Source: Antedon mediterranea
Taxonomy: Eukaryota; Animalia; Echinodermata
NCBI RefSeq assembly: GCF_964355755.1
Contig: NC_092679.1
Coordinates: 3,502,201 to 3,566,200 of the forward strand
Reading direction: 5' to 3'
Length of the DNA stretch: 64,000 nt
Shown: one piece after another, positions 23,240-37,500 of the stretch
Layout: every line of letters begins with the position of its first letter
Numbering within the stretch: the stretch's first letter is position 1
Position numbers and translations under genes: made by a program
The notes under the pieces: model-generated
The model's database searches: none
Told to the model about the DNA's origin: nothing
The model's input: the letters and a program-made list of their open reading frames with translations, nothing else

Positions 23240-23990
23240 AATTGAGATGGTGGTCAGACCAGGGACAACTCCCCGAGTCAGACCATAACTTTGCAATGCC
23301 AGTTTTGAACTTGTTAATCGTTGGTTATGTCACAATATGGTTTGGTAGCGAGTTCCAATCATTTATAACTCTAACTACATATGCTATTTTTCTAATGTTT
23401 TTATTATATTTGGATTTCGATACCTTAAAAACATTCATCCTGGTTTGCTGGTATTTAGATCTTTGAAATAATTTTCCTGCCTCGATATTATCAAATTTAT
23501 GAAAGATTTTAATAGTTTGAATTAAATCCATTCTTTTCTTTCTAAAGGCTAAGGTAGGCAAATCCAGTAACTTCAATCTCTCTGCATATGGCTTACTCCT
23601 CAATTCAGACACTAACCTTGTGGATCTCTGTTGGACTTTTTCTAAACGATTGTAATCATTCTGATACAGAGGTGTACATAGACTACCACCATATTCCAAT
23701 ATAGGTCGTCTGACTATCAAGATACTTGAAAGATCTAGTCACTCACCATACCGAGTTATCCTGTTTGCAGATTTAACAACCTTGGAAGTATGGGCAGAGA
23801 AGTCTAATTTATGATCAATCATTATTCCTAAATCTGTTTCTTGAGAAATCAATACCACCTTTGTTATCATCTTGTAAGTTGTAATGCTACTGCATCGCAT
23901 GCAGAATGAATTGGTTGGTAAATCAAGACATCATCAGCAAAGAGAGAACACAATGAGATTTTAACAATAGCGGCAATTCATTAACAAAAA
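23240..23990 (-). mobile_element. Degraded 3' fragment of a CR1/L2-group non-LTR retrotransposon (RT C-terminus)
   Basis: RPILEYG..LEKVQQRSTRLV..YAERLKLLDLPTL..RMDLI..RVINDWNSLP; upstream minus-strand fragments read LFADD and DLGIMIDHKL. Confidence 0.8.
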
Positions 23991-24158
23991 TGTTAAGCAG
24001 TAAAGGGCCTTATCTTCCCCGGGGGACACCAGAGATGTAACGGGCAGGCTCTGTGAGCACCGTACCTCCAAACTGAACAGATTGAAATCGGTAGAACTGA
24101 ATAGGAAGAGATGACAAATTTCGTTTTTGTAAAAGCACAAGTTAACGGAGTACTTACT

Positions 24159-24197
24159 CGAACGTTTCGATCTCTATCAGAGATCCTTCTCAACTGA
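24159..24197 (-). ncRNA. Minimal hammerhead-like motif (U3/A8 variant) in the Penelope pLTR, minus copy
   Basis: Reverse complement of 25497-25535. Confidence 0.5.
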
Positions 24198-25496
24198 CTG
24201 CGGAGTGTTAATGCAGCTTGGTCATTCTTGACGTCATCTGTTGATGACGTTGTACGCCTCCGGTTGTAGGTTGGAGGTTGTGCGGGGCTCGGCCAGGTGA
24301 TGTGTCTATCAAATCATTGTACAAATGCGAGAGTTCGTGGGCTCCAGTGTCCCGGTTCATGGTCTTCTCTTTATTTCTCCTTATATGTAATGATTCTCTA
24401 ATCTGTCTGTCTTTGCGTTTAGGCTCTTTGGTTAAGATGGTAGCCTCCCAGTTCGGTACATGATTGTGTTTTATGACATGTTCTGTAATGGCAGATTTGT
24501 GTATGATCGAAGATGTGGATGTTCTGGAGGCCCTAGTCATTACTCCCCCCGTGTTTGTTGTAACATCTTTTTTGTGATCATTAATTCGTGTTTGTAATGC
24601 CCTCCCTGTTTCCCCAATGTAAACTTGTGGACAGTTGCGGCAGGTGACTTCGTAGATTACTCCACATGTATCCATCTTCTCGATTTTATCTTTTGGGTGG
24701 ACGAGGCTATTCTTGATTTTATTTTGGGGTAGGAAATAGGTTCCGACATTGTGATAGGAGAGAGTGCGTCGTATTCTTTCTGCCATTCCTTTTACATAGG
24801 GGATTCCTATGCTACCTCGCATCTTGATCTTTTCCTTCTGTGGTTCGTGTCCTTTGTTCTTTTTCCTTTTTCGGTTTTCCATAACTCTCTGGAAGGACCA
24901 CTCTGGATACTGGCAGTTGTGTAACGCTTTCTTGATGTTATCCATCTCAACTTTCCTCAAATCCATATCTCCCACTACCTTCTCAGCTCTGTCCACAAGC
25001 GTGTTTATAAGCCCCAGTTTGTGTTCGAGTGGATGATGTGAGTTGAAATGTAAATATTGGTCTGTGTGAGTGGGCTTCCGATAGACTGAGGTGGTAACTG
25101 TTCCATTGTCATTGAGTGTGATGAGCATGTCCAGGAAAGGTATTGTGTTGTTTGTCATCGATTCTGTGGTGAACTTGATATTGTCAGTTATATCGATGTC
25201 TGCCATTACAGAACATGTCATAAAACACAATCATGTACCGAACTGGGAGGCTACCATCTTAACCAAAGAGCCTAAACGCAAAGACAGACAGATTAGAGAA
25301 TCATTACATATAAGGAGAAATAAAGAGAAGACCATGAACCGGGACACTGGAGCCCACGAACTCTCGCATTTGTACAATGATTTGATAGACACATCACCTG
25401 GCCGAGCCCCGCACAACCTCCAACCTACAACCGGAGGCGTACAACGTCATCAACAGATGACGTCAAGAATGACCAAGCTGCATTAACACTCCGCAG

Positions 25497-25535
25497 TCAG
25501 TTGAGAAGGATCTCTGATAGAGATCGAAACGTTCG
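25497..25535 (+). ncRNA. Minimal hammerhead-like motif (U3/A8 variant) in the Penelope pLTR, plus copy
   Basis: UUGAGAA-G-[GAUCUCU gau AGAGAUC]-GAAACGUU; palindromic ACGU stem III; stem I is weak. Confidence 0.5.
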
Positions 25536-25886
25536 AGTAAGTACTCCGTTAACTTGTGCTTTTACAAAAACGAAATTTGTCATCTATACAAAATCGAAGC
25601 TAAATGAAATTCTTTCAAGATGAATAGGAAGAGTTCACGATATAAACGCCTGTTTACGCAGCGAAGCAAGGATCATAATTCGGGACATTTTCCTGTGGCA
25701 ATTATTTTAGGCCAAATTATTAGATTATATCAATATATATTTTTTTAGGTTAGTGTGAAATTAATACAATGGAAGAATACGGCCAATAATAATAAAAATA
25801 TAACTGGTCCTAGTTCTAGCAGGAACATCCTCCCGGGTGCGCTCGCCTAGTGCTGCTCATCTTCAGATAATTAAATTCGCGTCTAG

Positions 25887-26898
25887 CAGGGCCGTAGCCA
25901 GGATCTGTCAAGGGGGGGTTCGGACACTAAATATTTGGGTCAACCCCCCCCCCCCCCCATCTGGGGGTGGGGCCTGATGCGAAGCGAATTTTGTTAAATG
26001 ACACCCCTAGATGGCCGGAAAAGACACTCTCGTGCAGCATGCTACCAATGAGCAAAAAGATCGTACTTTTTTCCTCCTTCTCAAACACGTCGATAATTTA
26101 AAGGACAATAACTATTTGTTGCCGTATGTTAGATGCGCGTGCTCTGTGCGGAACCGCCGATTGTTTGATCATTTACTCCGTATTTTGTTTTGCGTTCAAG
26201 TTCAATGCGAACGTACATCTAGGAGCAGCCCCGAAAAAAGCACACTGGTTGAAGGCAAATGCTATTTGCTAGCTCTATCTATAATATTTATTTACAGCAA
26301 TTTGTTGAGGAATATAAATATTTAAATAGGTGATATTGATACATTTTAGTACGTATCGGCTGGTGGTCTAGAAAAAAATAATCGGATGCCATAATGTGAA
26401 CTACAGTACTTGATACCATAGATATTATAGTGTAAAATATTAATATTCACTATAATCCTCTATGATACATTATCCTTCATAGTCACACATAAATACTGAT
26501 GTACGTCGGAAGGCTATATACTTTATGCATGCTGCCTGACTGCCAGTGATCTGGCGGTGTCCTTTGTACGAATCGTTCGTGCCCCAGTTCGTTATGAGAC
26601 GCGTCAATATCATGTTACATGCAGGGACCAAACATTTATTTTTCAGGTTAAAATCGGCAATTCATTTGCAGCTTTTAGAAATTTACAGACACGTATCGCT
26701 AGTTGACGGCGCTCATACAGAGAAGAAGGTTCACGAACAAGTTTACGAACTTTCAATTTACAAACAACTTTTTGTACTGTGGGGCACGTATTTGGAGGAT
26801 TTTTGGAGATGAGGGTGAGGTGGGCATGTCGGGGATGGGGGTTCGTAAAAGGGGGTTCGCCCGAACCATAAAAACCCCCCCCCCTGGCTACGGGCCTG
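25887..26898. mobile_element. Non-autonomous hAT-like element with 5-bp TSD
   Basis: tctag|CAGGGCCGTAGCCAGG..CCTGGCTACGGGCCTG|tctag. Confidence 0.8.
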
Positions 26899-27534
26899 TC
26901 TAGGCTATATAATTTGCAGGCCTAAAAGATTTTATTTCTGTAGAGGCCATCACGATCGAGCAGTTATTAGCACAGAGTGGTGTTGGGCAAAAATATAGGT
27001 TTTAGGCCTAGGCCTATGCATCGTAAATAAAAACCAATAAAACTATTAAACGACGGACACACGACGTACAAAACAACATCAACAAACATGTGCGCGCATG
27101 ACATGTTTCGTCGGCGTGCTCGCCATTTTTTTTCTTCTATAAAGTGCGACCTCTATTTTATGAAGACAGTAATCTAAAAATATTGCGCCTTTTTCACTGT
27201 GGCCTTTCACACAGAAAACGTTAAAATATATACAGTATTATACCAAGGATGCCGTTGGAACATCAGTATATTGTAGTTTAAATTAATTGTCATTTGAATA
27301 TCTAGATTTCCTGAAAGTTTAAAGCTAAATTTGCAATGGTACTATCTATTACATATTACATAAGAGTTACTATGATTGGTAGCCTACTAAACAGATATAA
27401 TTAGTGTAATACGAATCTAAATATTACATGTTAACATAAATACAAACAACATACGTATTAAAGAACGCTTTTATAAAATATATATATTAAAGCCAGTCAT
27501 TGGAAGTTAATGATTTAATGAATATCAAGATTAA

Positions 27535-28029
27535 AGATATATTGTCCCTTTGTCAAATTCCAAAAAAAAAAAAAAAAGATTTCGAAAAAAAGTGGGTCAT
27601 TTTGAAGAATCATACTAGTTATTAATTTTCACCAAAAATGAGTTGAAAAAAAAAATCATTTAACTGAAATACAGACGTTTTTTGGTTTAAAAAATAACTT
27701 TGACTGGAAGCGGGACTGGAAGTCAAAGTTTTCTATCAAATCATATCTCATAGGCTAATGCAACGCGCTTATTTGAGTTGCAAACAATCCTAATTAGCAT
27801 CATGCATGTATACTGATGGTTTGAAATCTTATTTGCTTACTTTCGCTCGGGACGATTATTCAGACGAAATGTAATCAAATTAATTTAGCTGTTAATTACG
27901 TAAAATTTTTGTTTTTGGCTCTAATTTTCGACTTAAGCTGAATAACTTTAATATTACTTTGATATGGCCAATTTAAATTTAGAATATTTTGACCTTCATT
28001 TTTTTTGTGCTTCAAGGGACAATACATCT
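27535..28029. mobile_element. Kolobok-type MITE (related copy about 35430-35741)
   Basis: ttaa|AGATATATTGTCCCTT..AAGGGACAATACATCT|ttaa: TTAA TSD with AG..CT ends. Confidence 0.7.
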
Positions 28030-28197
28030 TTAAAAAATCTAGTGCCTGAATCGGTGACTAGAAGCCTATATATGATGGCAAGAGTACCAATATATATCAT
28101 CAAAATACATTTAAAAAAAATTAAGTTGTTTAAAAAATGTCTTTGAATTAAATATTAATTGAACTTGGTGCCAGTTGGTTGCCTCCTTCAATCTACA

Positions 28198-30297
28198 TCA
28201 GGTGACCGTTGCACTTGTTATCAATTTCACGCGATATGGGCAAGCTGAGCACGGGGTACAGCACCAATCTATTAACCAATCGCCGCACAACGAACCCTGC
28301 GGAAAAAAGAAAGTAGTAATACAGTGCGACAACAAGTTTAACCAAAAATATAAAATTTACTGTCTGGAACGGGCAAAAGCGAACAGATAGAGGCAGCAAC
28401 TATTAGTTGGTTTTCACGCTGCTGCTTTAGCCCGCTACGTCCCAGGAGGATGACTCATTAAGAAACCGAAAGTAAAGCAGCAGTTATATATCTAAAGTTG
28501 ACAGTTTTGCTAAAATGCATACTCGACTGTAATTTATAGATACCAGCTGCTAGACCCCAAAAACGTCTGGGAAAAGAGTCTAACGGTTGAATGACAAATC
28601 CCAAAGCATGAGTCCCATCATATTATATAATTTGCTGTCAAATAATCATTGAATTATTATCACAACAGTCCGTGATAGTTTTTGTTTGTAATAGGATACT
28701 TCACACTTGAAGTATCTAGGCCTGATGAAGTGACCCCCAGACTTGAACTTAGCAATAAAATAAACTAAATTGACTGATATGAAACACAGACTCTGCAACA
28801 ACAAAATAATATTTGTTCACATACAAAAAAAAAGAAAGAAACGTTTAATTATAACTAAAAAACCATTGTCTGACAGACAATTTAAGTATATTTTGCTTTA
28901 AATTACATTTTTTTTCAGGTAAAATAACTATTAATGTGACAATAAAATGACACATTCAAAAACAAATTTGAAATAACAAATATTTTTCTGAGGGACAATA
29001 TATCTTTTTAAAACTGCTGCGTCAATAAGCGAGCAGCGTTTTTTGTAAGAAATATTTCTTGTTTAGTACTGTATTTTGCATTGTTGTTTAATCTTGAAAT
29101 CTCCCGATTTTTTTAAAATCTACAGAATTTTATAATTCAGGGGTTGGCAGGTCTGTCAATAGCTGGAAATGGGCGTGGCTTGTCAAAAAGGTCACTACAG
29201 AGGTACTACTCTACTATTATTAAAATATTCCTTTGTTTAAGTGTTTCTATTATTAATTAATTAATCAATTAAGTTTATTCAATTAGTTTATTATTATCAG
29301 TTAAAATTATTTATGTTTGTACACAACATACCCGGATATGAAGACGAGTTCGGACCTTCATCCGGATGGCTATCATGGCACCTGGAATACAAAGTGGTGC
29401 GCAGCAGTTCTCACCGGCTTTATTGGACACTTGGCAGGCGAAACATGGCAAACAGGCCATACCACACACGCCTAAATAATAATTTACATAAATGAAAAAT
29501 TACACTTTAATGTCCTGTTTAATTCTTCACTGACTAGCACAGTTACAGCGGCAGATACAGGATTTTTTAACCGGGAACATATTTATTCATATAGTCTGCC
29601 AAAAATAGATATCAACAAGCCTAGTACATAATGTTATTTTTTACCCAAAGTGCATGCTATCTACCTCTGTATGTTTAAATGGGAATACATTGTGTGGATA
29701 GAAAACAACCCTTGTATTGTTTCATAATTATTTTATTATAAAATAAACATGTGTAACAAATAACTTACAAGAAGCCATGTCGTTAAAACAGCCACAGAGA
29801 CTTGTGCTCCAATCACGTTCAGTGATCTGAAATTAAATAATAATTAGGGTGTTGCTGTAGGCCTACACCTTTGAGAGAGCCCCAAAAAGGGGAGCCCCAA
29901 AAAGAGGGTCAACTTCTCCGAAACGCAAAACATTAGGCCTACAATCAATCAGACCGTAACATACAGCTGCGCATGCCTATTATCTTCGTCCCACTACTAG
30001 CGACGCAACACAAGGACGTAACGCAACGCAAGTGAATTGACCAATCACAAGCGATGGCTTATTCGCTTGTGATTACTAACTGTCTATAACTTCGCTTGTC
30101 ATTGGTTAAAACGCTTGCGTTGCGTTTACGTTCTTGCGTTACGTTCTAGTGGGAACCAAGCTTTAGTGTTATGTAATCGCCCGCGGACTTCAAGCAAATG
30201 TGCTTGGCAAGTTCCTCCGCGTCCACTGTGAACGTACCTGTACCACTACTTTGGGTTGAACGACTGGTTGGTGAGTAACAACAGTTGTAGTATTCAT
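28198..30297 (-). CDS. PLAC8/cornifelin-family Cys-rich protein; exons 30297-30238, 29826-29769, 29471-29332, 28296-28198; apparent 1-nt frameshift near 28238
   Basis: Spliced: MNTTTVVTHQPVVQPKVVVQ-ITERDWSTSLCGCFNDMAS-CVCGMACLPCFACQVSNKAGENCCAPLCIPGAMIAIRMKVRTRLHIR-GSLCGDWLIDWCCTPCSAC.. All introns GT-AG with consistent phases. Confidence 0.85.
29987..30163. mobile_element. Palindromic MITE in an intron of the PLAC8-family gene
   Basis: cccactactag..acgcaacgcaag at left mirrored by cttgcgttgcgt..ctagtgggaaccaagct at right. Confidence 0.6.
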
Positions 30298-32299
30298 CTG
30301 AAATATATAAACAAACAATATTTATGATGATTATTATTAGAATAAACATTTAACAGAGTGCTGACTAATTTTACCAATTGTAGCGGTCGTGTTGGAGACG
30401 ATATCTTCGTGTAAATTGCTTCAACCAATGTCATCGGTCGGGCCTGTAACGCCAAATTAAGTTCCACTGCCAAATTAGGTTCGCGTGGTCTGTCCGGTCA
30501 CCTAATTTTGCAGCACGTTTCTGGCGAGCTAATCGTGTTATTAAATATTGATATTATTTATTTCCAAATAAACACAAACTGAAAATTATTAACCTGAGTA
30601 TTTCTAACCTAATAATCTTTATTCATTGTATGAAATTAAATCATCTGAAACATACTGTTAAAGTGTGCGCCCTCTATTGTTGTGGTATTTATCCACTTAT
30701 ATGCAAATTATGCTTATACACTATACAGTATAAAGGCGATCACGTAAAACGGCATTCTAAAGGACATTGTGGTGGAAGACGGTGTTATGTGCGAGGCCTT
30801 ACAATTTATTATCAGTGTTTCCAGGATATGTATTGTAGTACCATACGTTATTCAAAGAAAAACCCTGCATAAAAATTAAGCCTTCGTGTACGAGTTATTA
30901 ATAAAGTGTCGCTTTATTACACAGAAATATTTCTTCCAAAAAACGCCGCTTGACATTTTAAAATGAATCATTGTTCTTTTGATTAATTTATTATTAATTA
31001 TTAAAAAGATTTCCTTTAATCGCAAATCACAGATAGTTCTTTAATTATGAATCACATGCCCATTTTTTCACTAGTTAATTGTATACACAGCATTTGAAAG
31101 AAGACCTGTGTACCTTTCCAACAATGTATTGTTTGCCAACAAATATTAATCTACTAATTCAAAAATAGCATTTAAAAATGGTCAATATTTAGCTGAACTT
31201 TAATGCGCTGTAGCATGTTTGCCTGTGACCTCAACCTGAACTGTAGGCATGCAACTTAATACCCTCTAGAGACAACGTGACTTCAAGTTCAAGTGGAAAT
31301 TCTTCCACAACCTGTTGATTCGCGTCAACCAATCAAAGGGCAAGAATCCCAATCGTTCAAACCGTGAGCACTCATAGACTCTTTTCCAAGACGTTTTTTG
31401 GGTCCAGCAGCTGGGACCTGTAAATTATGGTCGAGTATCCAATTTAGCAAAACGTCAGTCTCTAGTACTATAACTGCTGCTTGCTTTCAGCTTATAAATG
31501 AGTCATCTTTTGTGACGTAGCGGGCTAGAGCAGCAGCGTAAAAAACGAAGGCACTGTCATCGAAAAATATAAAAAACTCGACATCCATGATGGGAAGCCT
31601 ACGACCCCTCTCTAAGCAGATGGAAAAGAAGACTACTCGTTTTAGCGCCAAAGGCAATTGTGTCTCAAGTCACGTTATGCATGTGCATGCGGACATGTTT
31701 TGCGACAATTCGGCGCTAAAACGTTGAGCGTTTGAGTTATGGGACGCCATTTCTGCATTATTTCCTAGTAATATTTTGATTTGACGTTCCATTTGTCGGT
31801 ACATTATTCCCGTTATTATTTTGTTCGTTTTTATGAATTTCTATGTTTATGTTTTCAAATTAAAATGATTATTCGTTGAATATGAATGTATCCTGTTATT
31901 CTATTGATTATATATATTTGTTTGTTTAACTAACTTACTGCAGTTTTCTAACCTTTTAATTTCCTTTTTAATCAATTCCGGTTTTTTTTAAATGTATAAT
32001 GTTATTTATGTTTTTTATTTATAAGTTCTTTAAGAATATGAGTTACATAATCACATTTTTGTCACTTTTTATACCTACAGTAACACTATATTTACTTTGA
32101 TGTCTTTAAAACATAAGTTTGCAATAATTGCGAACCTAAGTCGCAAATTGTTAGTTAGATATTCGTTATAATGTCATCATCTCATTTGTTACACTCTTGT
32201 GTGTGTGTGACATATAATAAATAAATAAGGGAAGGTACAGGTAGGCCTACGTCGAGGGGAAATTCATTAAATTGTTTCATCAAAAACAATAACTGATCA

Positions 32300-33240
32300 T
32301 AATTAGGTCGGAAACATTAGAACATAAATAGGTACGGTAATGTAACCAAATTTTGCAATAAAGATGAGATATTGCGTTGTTCTCTTATGTTATCAATCTT
32401 TTCATAGGTCACGTAACGTAATTGAACGAAAGAGTTGAACATATCACAATAAATAATGGTACCTAATTAATTCAGCATTTTCATCAAGTTTTAACAATCT
32501 TTGATGTCGGAAACATTCCCAATAATAGAGACTAATTTTCCAATATGTTAGATATTTTATTCAGCTAGCATTTTTTACCTTGATGATGACGGGAACATTT
32601 TAAACATAAATTCGCAATAATGGATCATTATTTTAATTGTGCAATGAAGTCGTGTCATCTTGTTCATGATGTGGGAAAAAAGTTTAGATGGGTGAGCGAA
32701 ATTCTAAGCAAGCTTAATACATGATACTATAGTTATTTTGAGGTTGGGAACACAACGTGAATTCGCAAATAATTGAACTTAATTTTGCAATGAAGTCGTC
32801 ATCTCGTTTGTTCATATACGATGTGGGAAAAAAGTTTAAATGGGAATGGGGCGGTGAGCGAAATGCTAAACAAGTATTACTTCGAAGTCGGGAACAACTT
32901 AAATTCTCAATAATGCAATGGAACCATTTTGCAATGAAGTCGTGTCATCTATAGTTTGTTCATACGATGTGGAAAGTTTGGATGGGGTGGACAAAATTAA
33001 ATAATTAGTATACATAACACTATAAATTACGTTGAAGTCGGGAACATTATAACTTGAACTCGGGAATTTTATTTTGCAATGAAGTCGGTCTCCTTGTTTG
33101 TTATACGATGTTGGAAACACGTTTAGAGAGGTGGACGAAATTCTAGGAAGCTAAATACAGTAATAACACTAATTATTTTGAGGTCGGGAATATTAGAATT
33201 TATACTTTAATGGAACCTAATTTTGAAATGGAGATTGCAT
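32300..33240. repeat. Degenerate tandem repeat, several roughly 140-150-bp units
   Basis: ttttgcaatgaagtcg..gatgtgggaaa..gaaattct..gtcgggaac recurs near 32640, 32785, 32930 and 33075. Confidence 0.7.
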
Positions 33241-33369
33241 GCCTTATTTTCATCTCGGTTGTTCGTTCCATCTATTCATACGTCGTACATAATGTGGTAC
33301 ATGCATGCACTTAAGTAGGCCTACTGATGATAGTGGGATGGTAATCAAGATATTATTCATTTATTGACA

Positions 33370-35184
33370 TACAGTAATTTAATTAGCTATCGATGGAATA
33401 TATTTACACATTTGCAGCCTTCACTATTTATAGAATAAAAATGTTATCAGCAATAAATAAGCCATGGGTAAGTCTTTATGGAATTAATATAAAAGTAATA
33501 TGCTATATAACATTGAATGTGAAACATATAACAATAAAGAAACACGTATAGAAAAATGGATAGCTTTAAGAAATACTATTATACTATATAATTTCTAATT
33601 TGCTACGATTATCAGAAAAGGAATTACTGTGATGACAAGTTACAGGTGGTACTGATCTATTATGTTTTATATTTTGTTTCATCTTGTATTGTATGATCCG
33701 AGTTGTAAAATGAAAACCAACAAATGAAAATGAAAAACTCACAAATTCTTTATGTGTCAAATATTTAAAAACGAGATAGATGATAATGATGATCACTGTC
33801 AAGTGTATATAGAAAAAATATAAGACAATTAATGAAAATAGGAGGTAATACGGAATTCATAAATGTAAAAATGTTATCTGATGAATTATAACGACATTTA
33901 GAATTAACAATGTGTTAAATAATATGATTTTATGTAATGACATTAGATAATATGAATTTGAATAAAAGTTGTGTTTGCGCCACAAAAGAGAGAGATCATT
34001 ATCATCTATCTCGTTTTAAAATATATTACACATACAGAATTTTGTTACAACAAAACCGCTCTAAAAGGGATTGGTTATACAATTGAGGAAACTCATAATT
34101 GAGGGCTTGGTATTTATTTTAAGACTAGGCAAAAACACAGCAATTCTACGAAAAACCAACGATTTTGACCATATTAGGCTTGAAAACAACAATTTCATCA
34201 TTTATTAATATAGGCAGAAAGACAATATTTGCGGCTCGTCTTGACAAACTGAACACATCAATGAATTCAAGATAACAAAACAATGGATACATCTTATTTT
34301 TCTACATTGTTTATAATTTGGTGTCTTAAACTGGGAGATCATCATGTCAACAAAGATACCCATATGACTTCGGTATCTATGAATTATTATATAGCAAATC
34401 GATAAGTTATGTTATTTCATCCTCTCTACATCTTTTTATTTATATATATCCGTATTTTTATCCTCTCTATATCCGTATTTTTATCCTCTCTATATCCGTA
34501 TTTTTATCCTCTCTATATCCGTATTTTTATCCTCTCTATATCCGTATTTTTATCCTCTCTATAATATCCGTATTTGTTGCACTCTACGTACAGTAATTTA
34601 ATTAGCTATCGATGGAATAGTAGATTATATTTACACATTTGCAGCCTTCACTATTTATAGAATAAAAATGTTATCAGCATTAAATAAGCCATGGGTAAGT
34701 CTTTATGGAATTAATATAAAAGTAATATGTTATATAACATTGAATGTGAAACATATAACAATAAAGAAACACGTATAGAAAAATGGATAGCTTTAAGAAA
34801 TACTATTATAGGCTACTAATATAATTTCTAATTTGCTACGATTATCAGAAAAGGAATTACTGTGATGACGAGTTACAGGTGGTACTGATATGTTTTATAT
34901 TTTGTTTCATCTTGTATTGTGATCCGGGTTGTAAAATGATGAAAACCAACAAATGAAAAACGAAAAACTCACAAATTCTTTAGCCTATGTGTCAAATATT
35001 TAAAAACGAGATAGATGATAATGATGATCACTGTCAAGTGTATACAGAAAAAATATAAGACAATTAATGAAAATAGGAGGTAATACGGAATTCATAAATG
35101 TAAAAATGTTATCTGATGAATTATAACGACATTTAGAATTAACAATGTGTTAAATAATATGATTTTATGTAATGACATTAGATA
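33370..35184. repeat. Direct duplication of about 590 bp (33370-33950 and 34590-35184); the second copy is flanked by 22-23-bp minisatellite arrays (34446-34575, 35187-35373)
   Basis: tacagtaatttaattagctatcgatggaata..gacattagataat is present twice; unit atatccgtatttttatcctc(at/tct). Confidence 0.88.
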
Positions 35185-35986
35185 ATGTATCCGTATTTTT
35201 ATCCTCATATATCCGTATTTTTATCCTCATATATCCGTATTTTTATCCTCATATATCCGTATTTTTATCCTCATATATCCGTATTTTTATCCTCATATAT
35301 CCGTATTTTTATCCTCATATATCCGTATTTTTATCCTCATATATCCGTATTTTTATCCTCATATATCCGTATTTGGTAATACGATCGTTATGTGTGCTTT
35401 TCATTTGCTCTTTTTTTTCAAATTGTTAAAGATGTATTGTCCCCCAAAAACATGAACAATTTTGAATAATTCAATCAGAATTTGAATATGTTATTTTGTA
35501 GTTTTGATAAAATTAATCACTTCCATAAAAAAAAAAAACCAAAAAAATAATGTTTTCACTTGTAAAATGACAAAATAAATAGTTAAATCCAACCAAAAAT
35601 CCATTGGCTGGCAGCCAATTTGACCATTTTTGACTTATAATTACATTTCTCGGGTAAATACATTTTTTTTTCGATCCAATTTCCAATTAAATAGAATATT
35701 CAACAAATTAAGAATTATTTTTTCAGAGGGACAATACATCTTTATCCTTCACACTCATTATACCTGGGACGATTTGACAATCCTAAACTTTTCGATTACG
35801 CAAACAAACTACAGTATGAGTTCATTAAATGAAAAATATCTAAAATGGTTTTGATTTCAAAATGATGAATTAAAGCAAGAACTTACTTTGTTTAGATAAT
35901 TCGGATTCTTTAAATGAAAGGCGATTAACGATCTCCGTGCGTGGTTTAAATGTTGCCAGCTAAGTTCAACACAAGAGAGATGTGGC

Positions 35987-36140
35987 CAGTGTGGCCAGCG
36001 AGCGAAATGAAATTATGCTAGGTGGCAGCACAAAATTATGCCAGATTATGCCAGACACAATTAAGGCTAAAAGTGCACCAAAACAGTGAATAAGAGGGCG
36101 GTTTATGTGTATGTTTTATGTACCACAAAGGTGGGAAGCC

Positions 36141-36172
<32 letters not shown>

Positions 36173-36402
36173 CTTCGGGTTTTCAGCCAAATTATGCTAG
36201 ATTGTGTACAAATTATGCCAGATTTTTTCGCAATTATGCCAGATAATATGCTAAATCGTGGTGAATATGTTGTATGTTTGCGTTTTTCAAATTATGCCAG
36301 ATTATGCCAGATTTCCTAAAATTATGCCTAGCATAAATGCCAGATGCCAGATGGGTCAAAATTATGCCAGACGGCATAATTATGCCAGATTTGGCCACTA
36401 TG
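35987..36402. mobile_element. Small non-autonomous element rich in aattatgccaga motifs
   Basis: Ends cagtgtggcca..tggccactatg with about a dozen internal attatgc(c/t)ag motifs. Confidence 0.5.
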
Positions 36403-36869
36403 GATGTGGCCAGCTAGCGACACACCCAGTGTATGGCGTTCACGATTGCGGCTAATGAATATGCATGAGATTGAGCTAACGTTAGAATAGTCCACTGAAC
36501 GAGCAGTGTAGACTGAGCCATAGGAGTGAAAATACATTGAATGATGCGATTTTGTACTCAAATTGTGTGAGAAAAATTTTAGACTCAATTCGTGCAAGAG
36601 AGTGTTTCAATGAACCCCTTCTTAAACAAGCTCAACTGGCAACCATCTGCTTAATTTATAAATTGTGATATTATTATTATGTAAATTAAAAATATTGATG
36701 GTTTTTATGAATATGTATAGATAAGTAAGTAAACATGGCACGTGACGAAACTCAAAATTACCCGAATAACATGAAAATAAAATATAATGTAACCAAGAAA
36801 ATCGAAACTAAATTGCGTGTGTGTGTCTTTGGTTTTTTTTTACTGATAACGATGCCATGGTGGTAAACA

Positions 36870-37500
<631 letters not shown>

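Larger units (their letters stand above)
24109..25585 (-). mobile_element. 5'-truncated Penelope-like retroelement (RT thumb plus GIY-YIG) with inverted pseudo-LTR
   Basis: ORF has IPFLD..VYRKPTHTDQYL and GVIYEVTCRNCPQVYIGETGRALQTRINDH; 25199-25585 is the reverse complement of 24109-24495; tgaataggaagag occurs at 24098-24110 and 25621-25633. Confidence 0.92.

Noticed and set aside
25091-25486. Plus-strand 131-aa ORF as a separate gene
   Set aside because: Chimera created by the Penelope inversion junction near 25199.
28721-28750. CTGATGA as a hammerhead core (also near 33324, 52924, 54186)
   Set aside because: No stem II followed by GAAA and a cleavage triplet.
35172-35429. Repetitive ORFs (YPYFYPHISVFLSS)n
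   Set aside because: Translation of a 22-bp minisatellite.
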